Shown piece by piece: positions 23,866 through 35,506 of a stretch of 64,000 bases of DNA. The position numbers and the translations under genes were made by a program. Position 1 is the first letter of the stretch, and each line of letters opens with the position of its first letter. The notes under the pieces were generated by a model, which saw nothing but the letters and a program-made list of their open reading frames with translations, was not told where the DNA came from and did no database searches. The stretch comes from Macrostomum lignano (lineage: Eukaryota), in the NCBI GenBank assembly GCA_002269645.1, contig NIVC01000386.1, positions 434,001 to 498,000 of the forward strand, read 5' to 3'.

Positions 23866-26800
23866 TCACTGATCCGTGAGAGCAGTCCCAGTCCCAGTCC
23901 CAGTTGCTGCAGCCGATGACTCCACGGGAGGCGCATCGGCAGGCGGCTCCGACATCGTCGTCGCTGCCGCCTCCGAGGCAGTCGACAAGGCCGCCACCGA
24001 TGTCGGCACTCGCCGCTTCGTCCGCAGCTGCTGCTGCAGCGAGTCGCTGTCCTCGCTGTCCGCGTCCTGGCTGAAGCAGAGCCCCGGCTGCTCCGCCTCC
24101 TCCTGAGCCGCCGCCGGCTTCTGCCGCTTCTGCTGCTGACGGCGGGCCACCGCGTGCAGCTCGTTGTCGTCCGCTAGCGCGGCGTTTTTCGCCGCTGTCG
24201 CCGAGTCCTCGTCGGAGCTGCAGGTTGTCGCAGCGGCAGCGGCAGCGGCGGCCACAGCGGCGGAGGTCCTGGCGCGCCGCTTCCGCAGCACTTTGCCGCG
24301 CTGGCGCTGTCGCTTCGCGTCCTGCACCGGCGACTCCGAAGCGCCACCGACCGCGGCGTCCTCGGCGTCGGCCCCGAGTTCGACTTCATCGTCCGCTCGC
24401 CGATCCGAGGCGGTCGAGTCCAGAGAGGACGAAATCGAGCGGCGCTGCGGCTGGCGCGACTTCCGCTTGAGACTCGCTGACGGCCCCTGCTGGGCCTGGG
24501 CGGCCTCGGCCGGCTGCTGGGGATGCCGGGGCTGCTGAAGCTGCCCACCGGCCGCGTCGGACTTCTGACGTCGCCGGGCTGTCCGCTTGGTGCGCCGGTT
24601 GCTGACGACTGCGGCGCCGCTGCCACCAGCTGGTCCAGCGGCGGGGTCGGCGTCGGCAACCGGCAGCGGGGCCTTGAAGCCCGGTGGCTGCGCCTGCGTG
24701 CTGCCCGGACCGCCGCCGCCGATGCCGCCTTCGCCTGTTGTTGAAGCCGCGGCTGCTGCGGCTGCCGCTGCGGCCGCCTTCCTCTTGCGCTTCCTCTCGC
24801 CGTCAGCGCCGCCGCCACCGGAGGCGGAGCAGATCAGCAGGTGCTCATCAGCAGCCTCGCTACTATCGAAGATTCTGCCGCAGTTGTGGCAGGTGAGCTG
24901 CGGGTGGCTGGCCCTGCGGTGCTGCAGCAGCAGGTGCTGCATGCGGAAGGACAGGGTGCACACGCCGCACTGGTAGGCGTCGCTGGCAGGGTCGTGGCAG
25001 TCCACCTTCAAATCCTTCAGGCGAACCTGCGGGTCAAGGAGGGAAAAGCAGATTCAATCAAGTGGCAATCAATCAATCAATCAATTAACTAATACCGGTA
25101 AATCGATTAATCAACCAACTAATCAATCAAATAACTAATCAAACACATGTAAATCAATCAGTTAATCAACCAATCAATCAAGCAATCAGCTAATCAGTCA
25201 ATCAATAAACTAATCAATCGATTAATCAATTAACTAATCAACCAATCGATATCTATCTATCAATCAACAAATCACTCAATCATCCAATCAGTCATTCAAT
25301 CAACCAATCAATCAATCATCTAAGTAGTCAAATAATCCATCAATCAATCAATCAAGCCCAGTACCCACAGAACACCCAATTAACAAAGACTAATTGCCTC
25401 ACCTTGTGTTGAGAGATCACGTGATCGGACAGGTTGCGCACCTGCTTCTGGCACACGGGGCACTCTTTAGTCGCCCGGGGCGACACGTGGATCTGCTTGA
25501 TGTGGCTGAGCAGGTTTTGCTTGCCTTTCAGGCTGGCCTGGCAGTGCGGGCAGGGGAAGCAGCGGCTCTCGGAGGTCTGGCCGTGCACCCGCTGCCTGTG
25601 CACCGCCAGGAGCCGCTCGCTGCTGAACACCTTCTTGCACATTTCGCAGGAAATCTCGTCCCAGACCTCGGCTGCGACCGATTTGGAGGCTGCGGCGGGG
25701 ACAGCGGACGCCGGCAGCGGCTCCTTGTGCACCGCGGCCATGTGGTTGCGCAGCAGGTAGAGGCGCTTGAAGTGGTGGCCGCAGAGGCCGCACTGGTGCG
25801 ACTCGACTGGGTGTACATTGTGAAGGTGGACCCGCAGTCGGTACTCCGAGTTGAACTCCTTGCTGCAGGCCTGCGGTGCGACGGTTTGGGGGTCCGTTTG
25901 GGATTATCAGGCAGCCCAGCAACTGAGGATCTGGGAGGCTGGCCCAGCAACTGAGGATCTGGGAGGTTGGCCCAGCAACTGAGGATCTGGGAGGTTGGCC
26001 CAGCAACTGAGGATCTGGGAGGCTGGCCCAGCAACTGAGGATCTGGGAGGCTGGCCCAGCAACTGAGGATCAGGGAGGCTGGCCCAGCAACTGAGGATCT
26101 GGGAGGCTGGCCCAGCAACTGAGGATCTGAAAGGTTGGCCCAGCAACTGAGGATCTGGGAGGCTGGCCCAGCAACTGAGGATCTGGGAGGCTGGCCCAGC
26201 AACTGAGGATCTAGGAGGCTGGCCCAGCAACTGAGGATCTGAAAGGTTGGCCCAGCAACTGAGGATCTGGGAGGCTGGCCCAGCAACTGAGGATCTGGGA
26301 GGCTGGCCCAGCAACTGAGGATCTGGAAGGTTGGCCCAGCAACTGAGGATCTGGGAGGTTGGCCCAGCAACTGAGGATCTGGGAGGCTGGCCCAGCAACT
26401 GAGGATCTGGGAGGCTGGCCCAGCAATTGAGGATCTGGGAGGCTGGCCCAGCAACTGAGGATCTGGGAGGCTGGCCCAGCAACTGAGGATCTGGGAGGCT
26501 GGCCCAGCAACTGAGGATCTGAAAGGTTGGCCCAGCAACTGAGGATCTGGGAGGCTGGCCCAGCAATTGAGGATCTGGGAGGCTGGCCCAGCAATTGAGG
26601 ATCTGGGAGGCTGGCCCAGCAACTGAGGATCTGGGAGGCTGGCCCAGCAACTGAGGATCTGGGAGGCTGGCCCAGCAACTGAGGATCTGAAAGGTTGGCC
26701 CAGCAACTGAGGATCTGGGAGGCTGGCCCAGCAACTGAGGATCTGGGAGGCTGGCCCAGCAACTGAGGATCTGGGAGGCTGGCCCAGCAACTGAGGATCT

Positions 26801-27338
26801 GAAAGGTTGGCCCAGCAACTGAGGATCTGAAAGGTTGGCCCAGCAACTGAGGATCTGGAAGGTTGGCCCAGCAACTGAGGATCTGGGAGGCTGGCATAGC
26901 AACTGAGGTTCTGGGAGGCTGGCCTAGCAACTGAGGATCTGGGAGGCTGGCCTAGCAACTGAGTAAATCAAAGCAGGCAGGCGATTTAACCTCGCAGGGA
27001 TGCGTGCCGGTATCAGAGAAGCCGTGCAGGTAGTGCATGTGCTGGATCAGTTTGATGTGGTGGTTGAACAGGTTGACGCCGTCGCACAGATGGCAGCGCA
27101 GCAGCTTGGTGTGTTTGGCCATGACGTGGGCTGTCAGCTCGCGCAGGATGCCGTCGCTCTCGGCTACTTTGATGCGTCGCCGTCTGCTGCCACCGCCACC
27201 GCAGTTGAAGTCGTCAGCGCCACTCCGAGCGTCAGAGTCGGAGCAGAACGGGCAGCTGACGGGGTTTTGAGCAGGTTGAAAATCAGTTACTCGAAATTTA
27301 CATATCTGCAAACAGACAGAGACAGACAGACGACAGGC

Positions 27339-27391
<53 letters not shown>

Positions 27392-27394
27392 GGC

Positions 27395-27435
<41 letters not shown>

Positions 27436-30400
27436 GGCAGGCAGGCAGGCAGGCAAGGGGGCCGTAGCCCAGCGGTAGCGCAGCTGCTCTGGTGTGCCGC
27501 GACCCAGGCTCGATTCCAAGTGCAGCCACATTCATTTGGGGCTGGATTGGAATCTTGGCTTGGCTCTGCTCGTGCAATTAACGGCCTTGAGAGCCAACCC
27601 CCCCAAGGCGCAGTGAAGTGTACATGCCTAACAATTGATAAAGTTAGGGCCGCTGTACACTCCTGTGTGAGTGTGTGCCTGCGTAACGTATCCGCGCGCT
27701 TGTATGCCTGCTCAGGGGAGTCGGCGGAATGGGCAGTAATGCCTCTCGCCGGTTGTGTGCCAATGACGCTTAAATTGCGCCAGGGTGCACACAACCCCCC
27801 TGCCTCTAATAAAAAAAAGGCAGGCAGGCAGGCAGACAGACAGACAGACAAACACTCAGTGTCACCAACCCGGCCGTGGGCTGCACGCTGGCACAGCAGA
27901 GCACCACGAAGGCCACACAGCGGGTCAGATCGTAGGGCAGCAGCCGCCAGCGCAGCAGGTCCGGGCAGCCGAGGCCCCGCTCGTGCAGCTGGTCGAAGTC
28001 CAGCAGGCCGGGGCGCAGCGGCTCCGGGGTTGGCGGCAGCCGCAGGTCCGGGACGGCCCGCTTCAGCAGGGCGTGCACCCGGCGCACCCGCTTGTCGCAG
28101 AACTGTGCGTAGCCGAGCAGCAGGAACAGGTCCACCCGGCGGCCGCGCTGCCGCCGCTGCTCCGGCAAGTCCTCGTCCTCCGCCTTCTCTTCCGCGGCTG
28201 AGGTTGGCGGCTCCACAACCAGCAGCAGGCGGAGGTTCGGCCACGGCCGGGCCAGCCAGAGGCCTTCGAACTGGCGGTCGGAGGTGCTGGCCAGCAGGCC
28301 GGAGACCAGCTCGTTCAGGCGGTAGTCGGCCAGGGCCCGCTGGGAGCTGCGAAATGGAAACATATGCACATGGGGTCACACTGAGCTGCTGATCAAGGAG
28401 GGCAGTCGAAAAGGTGCAAGACGATGAAATTGATGGAGTTGATGAGCGAGGTGCAGAGATGATGAAGATCGGTGCGGATGTTCCTTGCCAGTCTGGCGAG
28501 TTGAGAGGTGGCATGGCACGGATGTTTGCGGATGGGAACCAAATTCAGGCCACGTGATTTCGTCGTGATTCCACCCATCTCCGGATGGTCAAGCGCCTGG
28601 AACTTCCTCAAGGAAGGCTCGTTATCATCGCATGGCGGCTGGCGCAGCGTTTTGCGTTACCTGCTGTTACTTACCTGGGGGAAGGACTCACGACTAAAAG
28701 GTCGGGGGTTCGATTCTCGACCCACTCAGAACAATTTGTGTCCTTGAGCAAGACACAACTCTGCATTGCTCTACTAAAGATCTACTGTTTTACACTTGAT
28801 GAGATTTGATGAGATCCGGCATTGATAGAAGACTAACCCTTACCTGAACTCCTCCACGCTCAGTGGCGCGGCCGGCTCCTCGTCGCCGGAGGAGCCGCCG
28901 ACTTCCTCACCGTCGCCCTCTTCATCCTCCTCGTCGTTGTCATCTTCGTCCGCCGCGCCGCCGTGTCTGTCGCGACGTCCACCAAAGCCAAGGCCGAAGT
29001 CGAGGCCTTCAAAGCTGCCAGCAGCTCCTCCGCCAGCAGCCTCGACGCCGCCTTCGGATTCGTGCCGCCGGCGCTGCTGCAGCCTCAGCAGCTGCTTCTC
29101 GTCATCGAATCCGTAGCTTACCGCCGAGCCCGCAGCGGCGTCGGGATTGTCGAAGCAGTCGAAGCCGGCATCAAATTCGTCCCACTGCTCGGACGCGGCT
29201 GAGGAGGCCTTCACGTTCAGCATGGCGAGCAGCTTGCCGAACACCGAGGCTCCGCCGGTGCCCACGATAGCGTCGGCGTCGGAAGCGGCAGAGGCAGCGG
29301 CGGTGTCGGCAGTTTCTGCTGCTGCTGCAGCGGCGGTGTCGGCAGTTGCTGCTGCTGCTGCAGCGCCGTAGTAGTCGGTGTCGACGAGGTCGGACTGCTC
29401 CTTGACGAGCTGATCGACAGCCGCAGGCGAAGGTTGCGACGGCTGCTGCTCTGGCTGTAGAACTGCATCAAAGGATCAGAGAGCAGTACTGCTTGGATTG
29501 ATGCGGAGAACTGGGGGGGGGTTGAGAAAGCAAAATGGGAATTAGGACAGACTATGAGGAATTAGAGAATACAAAAAGGCATTTGAAGAAACTACTAGGG
29601 GATTTCTGTGACTATAAATGGGGATCAGTGGCTTTAGATGGGGATCATTGGCTTTAGATGGGGATCAGTGGCTATAGATGGGGAACAGTGGCTATAGATG
29701 GGATCAGTGGCATTAGATGGGGATTAGTGGCTATAGATGGGGATCAGTGGCTTTAGATGGGGATCATTGGCATTAGATGGGGATCATTGGCTATAGATGG
29801 GGAACAGTGGCTATAGATGGGGATCAGTGGCTATAGATGGGGAACAGTGGCTATAGATGGGGATCAGTGGCATTAGATGGGGATTAGTGGCTATAGATGG
29901 GGATCAGTGGCTTTAGATGGGGATCATTGGCATTAGATGGGGATCATTGGCTATAGATGGGGAACAGTGGCTATAGATGGGGATCAGTGGCTATAGATGG
30001 GGAACAGTGGCTATAGATGGGGATCAGTGGCATTAGATGGGGATTAGTGGCTATAGATGGGGATCAGTGGCTATAGATGGGGATCAGTGGCTATAGATGG
30101 GGAACAGTGGCTATAGATGGGGAACAGTGGCTATAGATGGGGATCAGTGGCATTAGATGGGGATCAGGGGCTATAGATGGGGATCAGTGGCATTAGATGG
30201 GGATCAGTGGCTATAGATGGGGATCAGTGGCATTAGATGGGGATCAGTGGCTATAGATGGGGATCAGTGGCTATAGATGGGGATTAGTGGCTATAGATGG
30301 GGATCAGTGGCTATAGATGGGGATCAGTGGCTATAGATGGGGATTAGTGGCTATAGATGGGGATCAGTGGCTATAGATCAGTGGCTATAGATGGGGATCA

Positions 30401-32235
30401 GTGGCTATAGATGGGGATCAGTGGCTATAGATGGGGATCAGTGGCTATAGATGGGGATTAGTGGCTATAGATGGGGATCAGTGGCTATAGATCAGTGGCT
30501 ATAGATCAGTGGCTATAGATGGGGATCAGTGGCTATAGATGGGGATCAGTGGCTATAGATGGGGATCAGTGGCTATAGATGGGGATCAGTGGCTATAGAT
30601 GGGGATCAGTGGTTATAGATCAGTGGCTATAGATGGGGATCAGTGGCTATAGATGGGGATCAGTGGCTATAGATGGGGATCAGTGGCTATAGATGGGGAT
30701 CAGTGGCTATAGATGGGGATCAGTGGCTATAGATGGGGATCAGTGGCTATAGATGGGGATCAGTGGCTATAGATGGGGATCAGTGGCTATAAATGGGGAT
30801 CAGTGGCTATAGATCAGTGGCTATAGATGGGGATCAGTGGCTATAGATGGGGATCAGTGGCTATAGATGGGGATCAGTGGCTATAGATGGGGATCAGTGG
30901 CTATAAATGGGGATCAGTGGCTATAGATCAGTGGCTATAGATGGGGATCAGTGGCTATAGATGGGGATCAGTGGCTATAGATGGGGATCAGTGGCTATAA
31001 ATGGGGATCAGTGGCTATAGATCAGTGGCTATAGATGGGGATAAGTGGCTATAGATGGGGATCAGTGGCTATAGATGGGGATCAGTGGCTATAGATGGGG
31101 ATCAGTGGCTATAGATGGGGATCAGTGGCTATAAATGGGGATCAGTGGCTATAGATGGGGATCAGTGGCTATAGATGGGGATTAGTGGCTATAGATGGGG
31201 ATCAGTGGCTATAGATCAGTGGCTATAGATGGGGATCAGTGGCTATAGATGGGGATCAGTGGCTATAGATGGGGATCAGTGGCTATAGATGGGGATTAGT
31301 GGCTATAGATGGGGATCAGTGGCTATAGATGGGGATCAGTGGCTATAGATCAGTGGCTAAGCGGGCAAGTGAACAGGGAGATCTCCGGCCACTCACTCGG
31401 CTCCTCAACTGTCAGCACCTCGTGCCGCTCGGCACGGACATCGACCAGCTCCACGGGCCGGAAGCCGGGCGGCGGCCTGCCGAAGCGCATGCCCAGCAGG
31501 CGCCTGTAGGGCTGCTGCATGAGGAAGGCGCGGCCTTCAAGCAGGCCACCGGATTCGTCCATCAGGCTGTCCAGCTGCCGCACGTAGGCGTCCGAGACTA
31601 CGCAGAGGCCGCGAACGGGCCACCTGGCCTGGTCCATGGTGGCGAAGGTGGCCGGGTCATCCGCCAGGTACTTGCCCCAGGTGGTGGCGCCGCGGGCAGC
31701 GTCATGGCCGAGCCCACCTGCGGCAGGCGGTCGCAGCCGGAGGCCGGCTCGAACAGCTCGCGCAGAACTCGAACGAGCAGGTGAGCATGGACAGGTAGAC
31801 GGAGCTCGGGTCAGACGACTCGGCAGCGGCCAGCCCGGCCAGAAGGCGGCGGTCCCTGTCCGACGGGCGCTGCCTGGCGAACCTGGCCAGGAAGCCGGGC
31901 TTCGGGCGCACCAGGCCGCGCCGGTGCAGCAGCAGGCTGGTGAGGTTCAGCGGCGCCCCGGCCGAGGACGGCGCCGTTGACGGCTCGGACAGTCGGCGCC
32001 GGATGTCCGAGTCGTCCGGACAGCAGGTGAGGGAGCCGAGACTGCGCCGGATGTAGCAGTCGGGGGGCACCGGATGCACTGCGTTGGGGCCGCGCTGCTG
32101 CGGTGACGGCGAGCGGCGGCGGCGTCGGCGGCGAGGCTGCGGCATCTCCTGAAAGGATGAAGCGTCGCCTGCGGGGGCAGCTGCGGGCTCGGGGGGCGGC
32201 TCAGCTGGCTGCTCTTCGTCCTGGTCTGACGACAT
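23866..32235 (-). CDS. Large multi-C2H2 zinc-finger protein (about 1300 aa) with an unrecognised N-terminal region; 6 exons; two apparent 1-nt deletions in exon 1
   Basis: Exons 32235-31397, 29462-28844, 28346-27866, 27305-26991, 25870-25403 and 25026-23866 have compatible phases once 2 nt are restored in exon 1 (near 31770 and 31695). Fingers: CHLCDG..HIKLIQHMHYLH, CEACSKEF..LRVHLHNVH, CGLCGHHF..LRNHMAAVH, CEMCKKVF..LAVHRQRVH, CPHCQASL..LLSHIKQIH, CPVCQK..LSDHVISQH and CGVCTLSF..LLQHRRASH. The 27866/27305 join uses a weak donor (TTG|GTGACA), so this could be two genes. Confidence 0.75.
25070..25355. repeat. Imperfect (AATC)n microsatellite in zinc-finger gene intron 5
   Basis: Runs of aatcaatc. 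Confidence 0.9.
25912..26962. repeat. 28-bp minisatellite in zinc-finger gene intron 4
   Basis: aactgaggatctgggaggctggcccagc, about 37 copies. Confidence 0.97.
27310..27456. repeat. (GACA)n/(GGCA)n microsatellite, resuming after the SINE at 27819-27850
   Basis: Direct observation. Confidence 0.95.
27457..27818 (+). mobile_element. tRNA-derived SINE inserted in a microsatellite
   Basis: A-box TAGCCCAGCGG (27465-27475), B-box GGCTCGATTCC (27507-27517) and tail taataaaaaaaa; the body matches 57860-58068. Confidence 0.75.
28635..28790 (+). mobile_element. Degenerate tRNA-derived SINE with a CORE-like segment
   Basis: A-box-like TGGCGCAGCG (28640), B-box GGTTCGATTCT (28707) and tgtgtccttgagcaagacac (28737-28756). 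Confidence 0.5.
29620..31355. repeat. 20-bp minisatellite in zinc-finger gene intron 1
   Basis: ctatagatggggatcagtgg, about 85 copies. Confidence 0.97.
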
Positions 32236-32257
32236 TGCGCTGCGGGAAGGAGGAGGC

Positions 32258-33257
32258 GGCTAATGGCGATTGCAGATAGGCTAATGGCGATTCCAGATAG
32301 GCTAATGGTGATTCCAGATAGGCTAATGGTGATTCCAGATAGGCTAATGGTGATTCCAGATAGGCTAATGGTGATTCCAGATAGGCTAATGGCGATTGCA
32401 GATAGGCTAATGGTGATTCCAGATAGGCTAATGGTGATTCCAGATAGGCTAATGGCGATTCCAGATAGGCTAATGGTGATTCCAGATAGGCTAATGGCGA
32501 TTGCAGATAGGCTAATGGTGATTCCAGATAGGCTAATGGTGATTCCAGATAGGCTAATGGCGATTCCAGATAGGCTAATGGTGATTCCAGATAGGCTAAT
32601 GGTGATTCCAGATAGGCTAATGGTGATTCCAGATAGGCTAATGGTGATTCCAGATAGGCTAATGGCGATTGCAGATAGGCTAATGGTGATTCCAGATAGG
32701 CTAATGGCGATTGCAGATAGGCTAATGGTGATTCCAGATAGGCTAATGGCGATTGCAGATAGGCTAATGGCGATTCCAGATAGGCTAATGGTGATTCCAG
32801 ATAGGCTAATGGCGATTCCAGATAGGCTAATGGTGATTCCAGATAGGCTAATGGCGATTGCAGATAGGCTAATGGCGATTCCAGATAGGCTAATGGTGAT
32901 TCCAGATAGGCTAATGGTGATTCCAGATAGGCTAATGGTGATTCCAGATAGGCTAATGGTGATTCCAGATAGGCTAATGGTGATTCCAGATAGGCTAATG
33001 GTGATTCCAGATAGGCTAATGGCGATTGCAGATAGGCTAATGGTGATTCCAGATAGGCTAATGGTGATTCCAGATAGGCTAATGGCGATTCCAGATAGGC
33101 TAATGGTGATTCCAGATAGGCTAATGGTGATTCCAGATAGGCTAATGGTGATTCCAGATAGGCTAATGGTGATTCCAGATAGGCTAATGGCGATTCCAGA
33201 TAGGCTAATGGTGATTCCAGATAGGCTAATGGTGATTCCAGATAGGCTAATGGCGAT
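32258..33257. repeat. 21-bp minisatellite in the NDUFB9/zinc-finger spacer
   Basis: ggctaatggtgattccagata, about 47 copies, ending about 15 nt before the acceptor ...ccttcccgcag|cgcaATG. Confidence 0.97.
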
Positions 33258-33685
33258 ATTGAACGGGCTAACACAGATTTTACAAGCATATTTAGCTAAT
33301 TTGAATTCTATTGAAAGCTACTGAATCTGCTAGACTGGCCATAAAAGTAGGAATTGAACATCCTGAATGAGTAAGAAGAGTAAATAGAACAAAGACAGCA
33401 CGGTGGTAGGCAAGGAGCCTAATGAAGAATCCTATTTGTATTAATAATTATATAGATTTATTTAGTATGGTTTCCACCGCGTACAATCGAATACACCGTC
33501 GTTAATAGCTAAGATGGTAAAGAATTTCCTGTTTTTCTTAAATCTACATTTTTAAGCTACTAGAAGTAGTCAGGTGGATTATTAGACACTCTTAGCCTAC
33601 ATAAAAGAAACTAAGCGATCTGATACGTTGGAGGGGAACTGTTGGTATCCAGCGCAGTCATCCGCACACACTGGGAGCTGGCCAG

Positions 33686-34162
33686 TCAGCCCATCGGCCC
33701 CGTCCACTCGCCGGTGTCCCTGGCGTCTTGGCCGTATTTTTGGTGCCAGCGCTCGATGTACTCCTTCTTGCGCTGCTCCCGCCTGGCAAAGTAGTCCGGG
33801 TACTGCGCCTTCTCCAGCGGGTGCCACAGGTCCAGCAGCGCGTCCGGGTAGTACTGCCAGCGGCCGAAGGCCACGCCGCCGGGGTCGTTAGGCCAGCGGA
33901 AGGGGAAGTAAGACTTCTTGGCCTGCAGCTCCGAGTAGGCGGACTCCAGCAGGGCCTTGGCCTTGATCGGGTCCTCAACTTCGCGGTTCTCGTCGAAGCG
34001 CTGGCGCAGCAGCACGGCGTGGTAGCGGTAGTCCAGGCGCTCGTGGTGCTTGGCCCGCACCTCGTATAGGGCGGCCTTGTACAGCCGGCACACCTTCTGC
34101 GCGTGCGACAGGTAGCTGGTGCGCAGGTAGGCTGGGAGCGGCGGCCCGGGGAGGGTCGGCAT
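33686..34162 (-). CDS. NDUFB9: NADH dehydrogenase (ubiquinone) 1 beta subcomplex subunit 9 (LYR family), intronless
   Basis: LSHAQKVCRLYKAAL..YRYHAVLLRQRFDENREVED..A..LLE..F.WP.DPGGVAFGR..LDLWHPLEKAQYPDYFARREQRKKEY. Confidence 0.95.
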   Translation of the reverse strand: MPTLPGPPLPAYLRTSYLSHAQKVCRLYKAALYEVRAKHHERLDYRYHAVLLRQRFDENREVEDPIKAKALLESAYSELQAKKSYFPFRWPNDPGGVAFGRWQYYPDALLDLWHPLEKAQYPDYFARREQRKKEYIERWHQKYGQDARDTGEWTGPMG

Positions 34163-34284
34163 GGCTGCTCAGCTGAGTCTGCTGCCGATTGCTCTTTCAG
34201 CTTGGGTAACTGCTAGGGCTGGGATCCGAGTGCGGCAGCCGCTGCTGCTGCATGGGGTGGACAGATGCGGTTGATCTATCAGGT

Positions 34285-34635
34285 GTGGTATGGGGTCTAT
34301 CAGATTGCGGTATGGGATCTATCAGATTGAGGTATGGGATCTATCAGATTGCGGTATGGGATCTATCAGATTGAGGTATGGGATCTATCAGATTGGGGAA
34401 TGGGATCTTCACATTGGAGTATGGGATCTATCAGATTGGGGTATGGGATCTTCAGATTGAGGTATGGGATCTTCAGATTGGGGTATGGGATCTTCATATT
34501 GAGGTATGGGATCTTCAGATTGGGGTATGGGATCTTCAGATTGAGGTATGGGATCTTCAGATTGGAGTATGGGATCTTCAGATTGGGGTATGGGATCTTC
34601 AGATTGGAGTATGGGATCTTCAGATTGGGGTATGG
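34285..34635. repeat. 21-bp minisatellite upstream of NDUFB9
   Basis: gtatgggatcttcagattg(a/g)g units. Confidence 0.93.
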
Positions 34636-35094
34636 TGTTTTCAATCGTATAAAACAACTGAGATGATTAGGTAAATAATAAAAGCAGCAAGACGATTGCA
34701 CTGTTAGAGCCACCTATTAATCTATGCATAGCAGTGCTAAAATGTAATGTAATCATTCATTAGTCACACAATTGAATAAAATTTGCACAGACTGGGGATA
34801 TCGCCACAAACTGCCTATGATAGAAAACGAGTCGCAGTATCATTATATAAAAGACACGGGTTGGCTGTAAAGGCGAAACGCCGCAATGAAGCATGGCTAC
34901 AGTGGACTAATGGCAGCCGCACATGCTACTCATAGTAATATTAGCAGCATATATGAATAAAACGAGAAATAACAGCGTATAACAGTTTAACAACAGGATA
35001 CAATGTTACAGCTCGGCAGGGCGAACAGGGTAAAACTGATAATAGGTCAATCTTGAAGCTCCATCAGCTAAAACGTTTTGTGGATTCAGCATTC

Positions 35095-35375
35095 TCTGGG
35101 ATCTGGGGGATTTTAAATCTCAAGCTGAGGATTTGGGAGATTTAAATCCCAAGCTAAGGATCTGGGAGATTTAAATCCCAAGTTGAGGATCTGGGAGAGT
35201 TAAATCCCAAGTTGAGGATCTGGGAGAGTTAAATCCCAAGTTGAGGATCTGGGAGATTTAAATCCCAAGTTGAGGATCTGGGAGAGTTAAATCCCAAGTT
35301 GAGGATCTGGAAGATTTAAATCCCAAGTTGAGGATCTGGGAGAGTTAAATCCCAAGTTGAGGATCTGGAAGGATT
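35095..35375. repeat. 29-bp minisatellite in the PPP1R2/NDUFB9 spacer
   Basis: gaggatctgggagatttaaatcccaagtt, about 9 copies. Confidence 0.93.
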
Positions 35376-35506
35376 AATTTAAGAATGAGGATCAGGGATT
35401 TTTGAAACCCACCAGAGCCTCCTAAATCTACAAAATTTGGCTAAGACTCATAAGTGGGGATTCGGGACGCTGGTGCCGCCGCATCACATTTTCCGTTCGA
35501 ATCAGA

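Noticed and set aside
11065-33324. Repeat-derived ORFs such as 11076..12170, 20576..21505, 25528..26958, 32201..33289 and 32263..33324
   Set aside because: These are translations of intronic or spacer minisatellites; the real exons flank them with canonical splice sites.
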